A stretch of 42,220 nucleotides of DNA. Origin: Cyanobacteria bacterium P01_H01_bin.35. Lineage in GTDB: Bacteria; Cyanobacteriota; Cyanobacteriia; Cyanobacteriales; Microcoleaceae. Made by a program: the position numbers and the translations under genes. The notes beneath the pieces were generated by a model. The model ran no database searches. It was not told the origin of the DNA and was given only the letters and a program-made list of their open reading frames with translations. The DNA lies in contig JBCDJM010000029.1 in assembly GCA_038747755.1 (NCBI GenBank), positions 1 to 42,220 of the forward strand. The letters are read 5' to 3'. Positions 16,875 to 25,177 of the stretch are shown piece by piece (the stretch's first letter is position 1; each line of letters opens with the position of its first letter).

Positions 16875-19800
16875 TTACCCCGTGATACTTTTACGGAGCA
16901 AAGTTGAGAGTTTACTGAGTTTTTGCTCATCTAACTTAGCTAAAGGAAAATCATCAGGAGTATAATCCTCGGCCTCAGAGGAAAGGCAATGTTCAATGAG
17001 CGATCGCAAGTTTCCTAGAAAATCCTTCGCCATCTGTTGTATAGTAGTTTCTTGATGTAAATTCCGACTATAACGCCAATCAATTCTCAGTTGTTCCTGG
17101 ATAACGAAAGCATTGATTTCTAGGATGTACTGTCGTTGCTCCCTGGGGCTACGAGACAAGGTAAGTTCGCGGGTAAAGACAAAGGGGGAATCTTCTGGTA
17201 GCAGTTGCTCCATGCGCCCTAAATAATTGAATAGAATCTCCGATCGTGGTATTGATTCAAGTCTTTGGATAAGAGCTGCATCTGGACTGAGGTAGCGTAA
17301 CATCCCGTAGCCAATTCCTCGATTGGGAATATTACGCAGTTGCTCTTTGACAGACTTGAGGGCAGATTCTATATCGGAGACATCTTCTACTGTTAAGGTG
17401 ACGGGAAAAACAGAGGTAAACCAGCCGACAGTACGAGTTAAATTAGCCTCATTGACCATATTTTCCTCTCGCCCATGGCCTTCTAAGTCTACCTGAAGCG
17501 ATCGCTGTTGGGTATTTTGAGGAAAGGAGAGAATTAGGGCAGTTAATAATATCTCATTAATTTGAGTATGATAGGCGGTGGGAACTTCTTGTAAAAGTGC
17601 TTGGGTTTCTTTCTTACTCAGAGAGACAGAAAAATTATTAGCAGATGCTTCTGTATTTTCGCCATGGCGATCGTCTAAAGGAATCTGAGAATGGCTCAAA
17701 GAAGACTGCTTTAGCCAATAATCGACTTCCGATTGCAAGTTCCCTGACTGTACAGATTCAACTAGCTTTTCTGACCAACGTTTAAATGAAGTTGTCTTCA
17801 GGGGAAGTTGGATGGTCTTACCATCCATGAGTTGTTGACAAAGAGTTTGTAAATCTTGCAATAAAATTACCCAGGATACTCCATCAACAGCAAGATGGTG
17901 GATAATAATTAGTAAACGGTTGGATCGATTAACTCCTAGATTAAAAAAGGCAATCCTAATTAATTCTCCCTGAGAGAGGTTAAGACTTGTCTGCAACTCC
18001 TCTTCTATTGCGGTCATGGCAATATCTTGTTCTGATGCTTTTTTTTCTGATAGATCGACCAACTTCACCTCTACAGGAGACACAGAAGCAGAGTTAAACT
18101 GTTGCCAAGCAGATGACTCTTGAATAAAACGCAACCGCAGAGCATCATGGTGGATGAGTAGCTGTTGTATTGCTTTTTCCAACAAAGCAGAATCTAAATT
18201 TTCTGATATCTCTAGCAGCAGAGTTTGGTTATAGTGATGAGGGTCTCGAAGATTTTGTGTGAAGAAGGAATGTTGGATAGGAGTCAGGGGAATAGACCCT
18301 GTAACAATTCCTTGTTCTGATAGTATATTTGATGAAGTATTAACCTGATGGCTCAATCTCGCAATAGTGGGATGTTGAAACAGTTGATTTGGACTCAAAT
18401 ACAATCCCGCCTCGTTAGCTTTAGCTGCGATCTGAATAGCCATAATTGAATCGCCACCCAGGTCGAAGAAATTATCGTGGATACCTACTCGATCCACTTT
18501 TAGCACTGCTATCCACAATTGAGCTAAGGTCTTTTCAACTGGGGTACTCGGTGCAATAAAAGCTGTTTTTAGTTCTGGTCGAATATTTTCTGGATGAGGT
18601 AAAGCTTGGCGATCGAGTTTGCCATTACTGGTAAGGGGAATTTTGTCAAGCGGCACAAAGTAAGCAGGAATAGTATTCTGGGGAAGTTTTTGTGCGAGAT
18701 AAATTCTTAAATCTGAGGGAGTAAAATTGGTTGTACTAACATAATAAGCAACCAGACGATTTTCCATTTCTTCAGTATCAGTATACCCAATTTCCCCCAG
18801 AATTTGCTGTACATTCTCAACATTTATTTCATCATTAAGTTCTTCTAAAGCTGCATCTCTTTCTTTATGACCTAAACGCACATCCCAACTGTAGGGCAAA
18901 GCATAATTATGATAACCTTGCTTTTGAGTATGGATATGAATGCCGACGTTATTAATTAAACAGTTGGTGGAACGCCCTGTATCTGAAGGTCTAATCCAGG
19001 GGGCTTTTTCTTTGAGGAAGGTTAACATTTCATCAAGTTCCACATCACAGTAGCGATAGAAATCAATAATCTGAACTTTATCAAAGATGCTATCATCCTG
19101 AAATGCAGCAACATCTAATTCTCTAAATATAGCGTCGTCTACCTGATGATAAGCTTTTCTGGCTGCTAAAACCATTTCGTCAATTTGGTCAATATCAATG
19201 TTAGATTTTGTAAATAATTCTTCAGTTAGTCGCGTCTCAAAAAATTGCCCTCTAGATAACCCGGTAACAATTATCGGAATCCCTTTTTCATCGGCAAGTT
19301 TCATGCTGAGAGTATAGATAGTTTTAAAACAACCGTTACAAACATTGCAATGACGTTTGAGACTATCGACAAAAATAGCATTCATAGCTGGAGTAGTACC
19401 AAAAATATGTTCCACACCTAAAGAGTCAACCACTCGCCGAATATTACCTTTTGCTTGTTCAGAAATGTAGCCATTGTCTAGAGTAAAGGCTAATACCTTC
19501 AATCCCATTTCGACCAATTGATAGAGAACGTATGTACTATCTTTCCCCCCGCTGAGTAACATTAAGCAGTCATATTCTCCTTGTTTTTTAGTCTTTGCTT
19601 GCTCAAATATAGCTTGTAAATCTTGACGAGTTTTAAAATATTTCTGAGCTTTCTGCTTATAGGTTTCATAGCTGCGACAAATGTTACAAACTCCTGCTGA
19701 ATCAAAGGTAATACCGGGATAATTAGATGATATACCGCATTTTGTACAATAATGTAAGGGTGCTTGAATTTCTAATTGGGGATTTTTGCGACTCACATCT

Positions 19801-22517
19801 ACCACACAATCAGATATCATGGGATGAGAAGATAAAGCTGTTTCCACTTCCCCTAATTCAATTCTAGTACCGCGAATTTTTACCTGGCGATCGCCCCTAC
19901 CTAAATATTGCAATTGACCATTCTCTTGCCAACGACCTAAATCTCCTGTCTTGTAAATTCGTTCTCCAGGATGGAAGGGATTGGGAATAAAACGTTCTTG
20001 AGTCAGCTCCTGTCGGTTGAGATAACCTCTAGCTAAACCAGGACTAGCAATATAAATTTCTCCCACAACTCCTTGAGGAACGAGATTGAGATAATTATCC
20101 AACAAATAAATGCGAGATTGAGCTGTGGGTTTGCCAATGGGAACTGAAGTTTCTTTGTCTTCTTGCGGGTCGAAGCGATAAATCATGCAACCAACCGTTG
20201 CCTCAGTTGGACCGTATTCATTGTAAATTTCAATCTCTCCGTTAAAAGCATCTGTGACTGTTTTTGCCAAAGATGTCTTTAAGTCTTCTCCTCCCAGGAT
20301 CATTTTTTTGATGCGAGACTTACTCAAATCCATATCTTTAATAATAGACAAATGGGAAGGAGTAAGTTTAATAATATCCACAGCATTCTCTTCAACAATG
20401 CGTTGAATAGATAGATCGATTTCTCCTACATTTTCTCCATAAATTACTACTCTTCCCCCACTTAAAAGTGGCACAAAAATAGAAGTCACTGTTAAATCAA
20501 AAGAAAGAGGAGAAAAAAGAGGAAATGCTATTTCAGAGTTTTTATTATTCTGGTTTGGTAAATATTGTTGCTGTGCCCAAGATACATAATTAATTAATCC
20601 CTGATGTTCGATCATTACCCCTTTTGGTTGACCCGTGGAACCGGAAGTATAGATGATATAAGCTAAATGTTCTGGTTTGACATTACTCTCAAGATTTTCT
20701 GAGGATTGATCGCTAATTTTTTCCCAATCCCGATCCAGTTGCACAATCTCAAAACTCCTGTCAGAGGGCAACTCTTTCACTAAAGCTTCCTCTGTAAACA
20801 ATATGGGAACTTGGGTATCTTCTAGAATAAAAGCAATTCTCTCAGAAGGATAATTTGGTTCAATTGGCACATACGCACCTCCAGCTTTCAGAATACCCCA
20901 AATAGCAATTAACGTTTGGAGCGATCGCCTCATCAAAATTCCCACGGGAACTTCTGCGCCTACCCCTTGCTTTTTCAGATAGTGCGCTAGTTTATTAACT
21001 TGTTCATTAAAATTCCGATAAGTAACCTGCTTTTCTTCACCAATAATTGTTGATGTCTGTAAGGCTATCGCTTCAGGATTACTTTCAACCTGCGCTTCAA
21101 ATTTCTGAACAACAGTTTGCTTAAAGTCATCGCTCAAAATGGGAGGAGATATTTGTTCCTCTAAAAGATATTTTCTCTCTGCTTCTCCCACAATATTTAC
21201 CCGATCTATTGCTTGATTTCTATCTTCAATAAATCCTTTGAGCAGACTGATAAAATGGGCGATCGCTCGATGTTGTAACTTTTCGTCAAACAGGTCAGTA
21301 TTAAAATCAAAATGTAATAAAAAGTCACCAGAAGCATCAAAATCATGTACTTGCAGTCGCAGATGATGCTGACTGTCCACATATCCTGAATGAACCCACT
21401 CCGACTGCATTGGTAGTCCGTTGAAATCTGGTAAGGAAGCATTAATATAGTTAAGCACAACATTAATCCCACGATTAATCGCAGTACCACTAGCACCTGG
21501 TTGAGCATACCGTAGGAATGCACCAGACTCTTTTTGAACTTTCTTTAATAAGGATAAAAAAGTTTCTCCCGCCTCAATTTTAATTTGGAAAGGAAAGAGT
21601 TCGATAAAAACCCCGATGGTTTCCTTAAAATTAGTAGTAGGGCGATTATGGACTGGCGTGCTAATGGCCAATGTTTCTTGACCGCCAATGCGATAAAGAT
21701 AGGCAAAAAGAACAGTTGCAAAGATATTGAAGAGGGACAGATGTAGGCTCAGGGAACGAATATCTTTCTCCGTTGCCATTGCCCTTAATTTTTGGGATAG
21801 TTTGTCTGAGCCTAAATTGTAAGATACTCTTTGAGTTCTAGAAGAGGGTTGACTGATAGATTGGCCGTAAAAAACAACAGGTTCAAGGGATTTATTTTGA
21901 TGCTGTTGCCAATAATCTATAGCTTTTTTGTAGAGAGGAGAGTTTTGAGAGTCTTTTTCATAGGCAATATATTCGGCATAAGTTGGCAGTTTGGGTGATA
22001 CTAGAGTTCCCTGAATATATTGTCCATAAAACTCACTCATATAACGATAAACCAGCATCACTGACCAAGCATCTGTCATTAAATGATGCTGGTTAAGATA
22101 CCAGACAAACTGCTTTGAGCTGACTTTAATTAAGGCTGAATCAAACAGAATCGTTTCTAGATTAAAGGGTTGTTTGCATTGCTCTTGAATCCAGTTTTGT
22201 AAAGCGACTTTAGTATCAGCTTGGGCAGTAAAATCTAGTAAAGGTAAACTGTAGGGGAGTGTGGTTAGCACTCTTTGTTGAGGAATGTCATCAACTTCCT
22301 CAATAACAGTACGCAAAGCATCACTATTATTAACTAGGGTTTGAAAAGCTTGCTGAAAAAATACCGGTTCGATTTCACCATCAATGGTAAAAACCCAAAC
22401 CATGTTATACAATGGCGTCTCTGGATTCAACTTTTGCCCTAACCATAGTAACAGTTGACTGGATGTTAGGTTCGAGCGTTGGGCAAGATCATTAATTCGT
22501 TTTGTTGGAAGTGCCAT
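16875..22517 (-). CDS. NRPS, one module: C - A (interrupted by PP-loop domain) - T - E
   Basis: C domain: SSQLLLWLGQKLNPETPLYN, HHLMTDAWS. A domain: LAYIIYTSGSTGQPKG, NEYGPTE, YKTGDLGR, GRGDRQVKIRGTRIELGEVE, then a ~338-aa insert, then LPQNTIPAYFVPL and NGKLDRQALP. T domain: FFDLGGDSIMAIQI. E domain: LTPIQHSFF, HHLAVDGVSW, EGHGRE. The C-terminal tail is COM-donor-like: YTPDDFPLAKLDEQKLSKL. Confidence 0.95.
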   Translation of the reverse strand: MALPTKRINDLAQRSNLTSSQLLLWLGQKLNPETPLYNMVWVFTIDGEIEPVFFQQAFQTLVNNSDALRTVIEEVDDIPQQRVLTTLPYSLPLLDFTAQADTKVALQNWIQEQCKQPFNLETILFDSALIKVSSKQFVWYLNQHHLMTDAWSVMLVYRYMSEFYGQYIQGTLVSPKLPTYAEYIAYEKDSQNSPLYKKAIDYWQQHQNKSLEPVVFYGQSISQPSSRTQRVSYNLGSDKLSQKLRAMATEKDIRSLSLHLSLFNIFATVLFAYLYRIGGQETLAISTPVHNRPTTNFKETIGVFIELFPFQIKIEAGETFLSLLKKVQKESGAFLRYAQPGASGTAINRGINVVLNYINASLPDFNGLPMQSEWVHSGYVDSQHHLRLQVHDFDASGDFLLHFDFNTDLFDEKLQHRAIAHFISLLKGFIEDRNQAIDRVNIVGEAERKYLLEEQISPPILSDDFKQTVVQKFEAQVESNPEAIALQTSTIIGEEKQVTYRNFNEQVNKLAHYLKKQGVGAEVPVGILMRRSLQTLIAIWGILKAGGAYVPIEPNYPSERIAFILEDTQVPILFTEEALVKELPSDRSFEIVQLDRDWEKISDQSSENLESNVKPEHLAYIIYTSGSTGQPKGVMIEHQGLINYVSWAQQQYLPNQNNKNSEIAFPLFSPLSFDLTVTSIFVPLLSGGRVVIYGENVGEIDLSIQRIVEENAVDIIKLTPSHLSIIKDMDLSKSRIKKMILGGEDLKTSLAKTVTDAFNGEIEIYNEYGPTEATVGCMIYRFDPQEDKETSVPIGKPTAQSRIYLLDNYLNLVPQGVVGEIYIASPGLARGYLNRQELTQERFIPNPFHPGERIYKTGDLGRWQENGQLQYLGRGDRQVKIRGTRIELGEVETALSSHPMISDCVVDVSRKNPQLEIQAPLHYCTKCGISSNYPGITFDSAGVCNICRSYETYKQKAQKYFKTRQDLQAIFEQAKTKKQGEYDCLMLLSGGKDSTYVLYQLVEMGLKVLAFTLDNGYISEQAKGNIRRVVDSLGVEHIFGTTPAMNAIFVDSLKRHCNVCNGCFKTIYTLSMKLADEKGIPIIVTGLSRGQFFETRLTEELFTKSNIDIDQIDEMVLAARKAYHQVDDAIFRELDVAAFQDDSIFDKVQIIDFYRYCDVELDEMLTFLKEKAPWIRPSDTGRSTNCLINNVGIHIHTQKQGYHNYALPYSWDVRLGHKERDAALEELNDEINVENVQQILGEIGYTDTEEMENRLVAYYVSTTNFTPSDLRIYLAQKLPQNTIPAYFVPLDKIPLTSNGKLDRQALPHPENIRPELKTAFIAPSTPVEKTLAQLWIAVLKVDRVGIHDNFFDLGGDSIMAIQIAAKANEAGLYLSPNQLFQHPTIARLSHQVNTSSNILSEQGIVTGSIPLTPIQHSFFTQNLRDPHHYNQTLLLEISENLDSALLEKAIQQLLIHHDALRLRFIQESSAWQQFNSASVSPVEVKLVDLSEKKASEQDIAMTAIEEELQTSLNLSQGELIRIAFFNLGVNRSNRLLIIIHHLAVDGVSWVILLQDLQTLCQQLMDGKTIQLPLKTTSFKRWSEKLVESVQSGNLQSEVDYWLKQSSLSHSQIPLDDRHGENTEASANNFSVSLSKKETQALLQEVPTAYHTQINEILLTALILSFPQNTQQRSLQVDLEGHGREENMVNEANLTRTVGWFTSVFPVTLTVEDVSDIESALKSVKEQLRNIPNRGIGYGMLRYLSPDAALIQRLESIPRSEILFNYLGRMEQLLPEDSPFVFTRELTLSRSPREQRQYILEINAFVIQEQLRIDWRYSRNLHQETTIQQMAKDFLGNLRSLIEHCLSSEAEDYTPDDFPLAKLDEQKLSKLSTLLRKSITG
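18762..19775 (-). other. PP-loop ATP-pyrophosphatase / amidotransferase-like domain embedded in the A domain (aa ~915-1252)
   Basis: YCTKCGISSNYPGITFDSAGVCNIC ... EYDCLMLLSGGKDSTYVLYQ ... HCNVCNGC. The SGGKDS codons were checked at 19536-19553 (agc ggg ggg aaa gat agt on the minus strand). Confidence 0.75.
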
Positions 22518-22520
22518 TTC

Positions 22521-22555
22521 AGTTATCAGTTATCAGTTATCAGTTATCAGTTATC
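22521..22555. repeat. Tandem heptamer tract (AGTTATC x5; GATAACT on the coding strand) in the 5' leader of the NRPS gene
   Basis: Five perfect tandem copies start 4 nt from the ATG (22517-22515, minus strand). This is STRR-like. Confidence 0.9.
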
Positions 22556-22590
22556 AGTATCTCTACTAGCTCAAGTAAGAGGCTTGAAAT

Positions 22591-22887
22591 ATTGTAGTGG
22601 ACTGTTTCAGCTAAAACTGTGCATTAGATTTGTCATTGCGAACGACAGTGTTTGCGGAGCAGTCCGTCAGGATAGCAATCTCAGACCAATTTGCTATTGC
22701 ACCATTTAAGATGAAACAATCTACTACTGGAGTGACACAGCTAATTTTGTGCAATTGTAGTGGACTGTTTCAGCTAAAACTGTGCAATAGATTTTTGTTT
22801 CTAGGTGTCTTTTTCTCCCCACCCTTCCCGCACTTCCCACCCTCCCCACACTCCCGATCTAAGGCACCATTTAAGATCAAACAATCC
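22591..22887. repeat. Two ~165-bp-spaced direct repeat modules in the ACP-NRPS intergenic region
   Basis: The 41-mer attgtagtggactgtttcagctaaaactgtgcaWtagattt occurs at 22591-22631 and 22754-22794. The 23-mer gcaccatttaagatSaaacaatc occurs at 22699-22721 and 22865-22887. Confidence 0.75.
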
Positions 22888-23077
22888 AGTAGGGTGTGTT
22901 AGATGGCTTAAATTTAAACTATGAAAGAGATTTAGCAATCCATCGTAACGCACCATTTTAGATATATCGGTCTATTACTGGAGTATTTATAAGCATTTGG
23001 AATAATGGTGGATTTTACTGTCACGCATGGGGTTAGGTGGGATGATGCGTTAGTGTCACGTAACGCACCCTATTTGA

Positions 23078-23308
23078 CTATTTATTTAGATAAGTATCAA
23101 TTGTTTTAACTGTCCGAAAATTCTCAATTGTCACATCTTCCAAAGGTACAGTAATCTCAAACTTTTCCTCAATGAAGGCAATAAGTCGCATAATACCCAT
23201 AGAATCAACCCAATCATTTCCTAGCAAATCATCCTCTGCTCCTACCTCAAACCGACTGTTGAGTAAATTTTCACTGATATATCTTTTAAGTATTTCTTGA
23301 GTTTCCAC
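23078..23308 (-). CDS. Stand-alone acyl/peptidyl carrier protein
   Basis: The phosphopantetheine site context is NDWVDSMGIMRLIAFIEEKF. I place the start at GTG 23308 (in frame, preceded by GGAGGA at 23313-23318), giving 76 aa. The longer ORF to 23416 runs into repeat family B. Confidence 0.75.
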   Translation of the reverse strand: METQEILKRYISENLLNSRFEVGAEDDLLGNDWVDSMGIMRLIAFIEEKFEITVPLEDVTIENFRTVKTIDTYLNK

Positions 23309-23321
23309 CGATCCTCCTGAT

Positions 23322-23477
23322 TGCTGAATGCTGATTACTGACTGCTTTTTTAACTTACCGAAAAATAAAGGTTTAAAGCCTCTCCTTTCAAGGAAAAAAA
23401 AATTCCTTTTAACCAATTATCTTCTTTTTAAGAAGAGGTAATTATTAATTATTAATTGTTAATTATTAATTATTGAA
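23322..23477 (-). repeat. Dispersed repeat family B, copy 2 (inverted relative to copy 1)
   Basis: The reverse complement of 23354-23477 matches 2077-2199 almost base for base. It overlaps the last codons and stop of the adenylating-enzyme gene. Confidence 0.8.
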
Positions 23478-25034
23478 AGCTTCTTTTTGTAAAGCTCGGC
23501 GGTCTATTTTTCCCGTTGTTGTTCTTGGTAATTGTTCCCTGATAGAAATTTTCAAGGGAACTCCATACTTGGGAAGATACTTCGCTGCGTAGCGAATTAA
23601 CTCATCTGCACTTACCTCCTTTTCCTCTTTTAAAGTCACAGCAGCTTCTATATGATTACCTTCATTATCGGGTACAGAAAAAGCTCCTGCTTCTTCTACC
23701 TGGGGATGGGACACAAGAACAGCCTCTATTTCATCAAGTTCTACCCGATACCCTCGTGTTTTAATTTGTCGGTCTTTGCGTCCGAGAAAACTGTAATTAC
23801 CATCTGGTTGTAATTGTACTAAATCTCCTGTTCTGAAAAACACTTCTTTGTGGTTTCCAAATACAGGACGAGAAAAAAAAGCACATTCGTTCAGATCGGG
23901 GCGTTGCCAATACCCTTGCATCATAGTCGGTGTACGAACTAGCAATTCTCCCACCTCTCCAGAAGGTACAGGTCGATCTTGCTCGTCCACTACCAATTCT
24001 TCCGCATTCTCCCAAATACAACCAATGGGAACTGACTGTTCCGGAATAGTTTCTAACTTAGGAACATGGTAATATGTACATTGATTAATCTCTGCCGGAC
24101 CATATACATTACAAAAACGTGCTTGGGGAAGTTGCTCCATTAACTCGTATAAATATTTTGGTGGAAAGGGTTCTCCTCCAAATAATACCCAACGTAAGGA
24201 AGTCAAGTCGCGAGTTGGCAGCAGACCGCGTTGGAGCAACTGGATCAGAGCAAACGGAACAGAATACCAAATGGTGAGCTTTTCTTTTTCAATGAGTTGG
24301 GAAAGACTCGCGGGTAATTTGGTATAAGCTTCCGGAATAATAACGGTTGTCGCTCCTGCCAAAGGACCAGAAAAATAGTCAAGGGTAGACATATCAAAGT
24401 GTAATGGCGAATGGTTTCCCAAGCGATCGCCATGATGAAGTCCATAGGTATGAGCAGACATTTTGGCATAGCTCAAACCACTATGGTGAGTGTGCATGAT
24501 ACCTTTTGGTTCTCCTGTAGACCCAGAAGTATACATAATATAAGCCAGGTCTTGCTCCAGTATTCTGATATTGGGAGGAGACTCTCCAGAAATTTCCCAT
24601 ACTGTTTCCCAGGCAAAAGTTCGCACAGATAATTCTGTTGAAGCGACTCCGATAATATATTCTAGCGGAGTGGGTTCAGCTAAAATTTCTGAGATGTATG
24701 AGAGTTTTTGAGGTTGGGTAATTAGACCTCGAATACCGCAATTTTGCAGAATAAATCTAATCCGGGAGGCAGGTGCTGTAGGGTCTAAGGGAACATAAGC
24801 TGCTCCTGCTTTCATAATCCCATAGATAGCAACTGCTGATTCAAGGCTTTTATTGAGATAAATCCCAATTCGGTCTCCTCGCTCTACTCCCTGAGTCCTC
24901 ACAAAATTAGCTAGACTGTTAGACTGACTTACAAGGTTGGCATAGGTCAAGCTTTTAGATTCAAACCGGAAGGCTTCCTGTTCGGGAAATTGTTCTGCTG
25001 ACCGATCTATGGCATGGGGAATAAGATAAATCAT
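23466..25034 (-). CDS. Stand-alone adenylate-forming enzyme (amino-acid adenylation / DltA-like)
   Basis: 522 aa. Motifs: YIMYTSGSTGEPKG (A3), NVYGPAE (A5), FFRTGDL (A7), GRKDRQIKTRGYRVELDEIE (A8), TTTGKIDRRAL (A10). There is no fused carrier domain; a carrier protein gene follows. Confidence 0.85.
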   Translation of the reverse strand: MIYLIPHAIDRSAEQFPEQEAFRFESKSLTYANLVSQSNSLANFVRTQGVERGDRIGIYLNKSLESAVAIYGIMKAGAAYVPLDPTAPASRIRFILQNCGIRGLITQPQKLSYISEILAEPTPLEYIIGVASTELSVRTFAWETVWEISGESPPNIRILEQDLAYIMYTSGSTGEPKGIMHTHHSGLSYAKMSAHTYGLHHGDRLGNHSPLHFDMSTLDYFSGPLAGATTVIIPEAYTKLPASLSQLIEKEKLTIWYSVPFALIQLLQRGLLPTRDLTSLRWVLFGGEPFPPKYLYELMEQLPQARFCNVYGPAEINQCTYYHVPKLETIPEQSVPIGCIWENAEELVVDEQDRPVPSGEVGELLVRTPTMMQGYWQRPDLNECAFFSRPVFGNHKEVFFRTGDLVQLQPDGNYSFLGRKDRQIKTRGYRVELDEIEAVLVSHPQVEEAGAFSVPDNEGNHIEAAVTLKEEKEVSADELIRYAAKYLPKYGVPLKISIREQLPRTTTGKIDRRALQKEAFNN

Positions 25035-25057
25035 ACTAAAAGTCTCAAGAGTTTGTT

Positions 25058-25167
25058 ATTAGACCTCTCCGGAAAAGAGGGAGTAGGGAGTAAGGAGTAG
25101 AGGGAAATAATTAATAATTTCTGCACAATAATTGATTTGATTTTTAATTATCGGAGATGTCTATTAG
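25058..25167 (-). repeat. Dispersed repeat family C, copy 1 (24 nt upstream of the adenylating-enzyme start)
   Basis: Its reverse complement ctaatagacatctccgataattaaaaatcaaatcaatt...ccctactccctcttttccggagaggtctaat matches 29535-29672. Confidence 0.8.
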
Positions 25168-25177
25168 TCGTAAATTT

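Noticed and set aside
21206-21523. Shadow or alternative-frame ORFs inside the large genes: 205..432, 3855..4046, 5896..6180, 6424..6645, 7494..7688, 9120..9320, 10547..10867, 13360..13548, 13619..13834, 16096..16348, 21206..21523, 23797..24632, 28174..28356, 30233..31946, 32720..32962, 33926..34654, 38448..38708, 39569..39781
   Set aside because: Each lies wholly within, or antisense to, a much longer ORF with clear family motifs. Their translations are low-complexity or hydrophobic noise typical of AT-rich DNA.
22591-22887. Possible CRISPR array (repeated 41-mers and 23-mers in an intergenic region)
   Set aside because: There are only two copies of each repeat, the period of ~163-166 bp is far too long for repeat-spacer units, two different repeats alternate, and no cas genes are in the window.
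22479-22902. ORFs 22479..22709 and 22630..22902 (76 and 90 aa) in the repeat-rich spacer
   Set aside because: They are composed of heptamer and dispersed-repeat sequence, show low-complexity translations, have no RBS, and overlap the NRPS start on the opposite strand.
23309-23416. N-terminal 36-aa extension of the carrier-protein ORF (MVKRNFFFLERRGFKPLFFGKLKK...)
   Set aside because: The extension is encoded entirely by repeat family B (the same DNA is non-coding at 2140-2200). An in-frame GTG at 23308 with a GGAGGA Shine-Dalgarno gives a normal 76-aa carrier protein.
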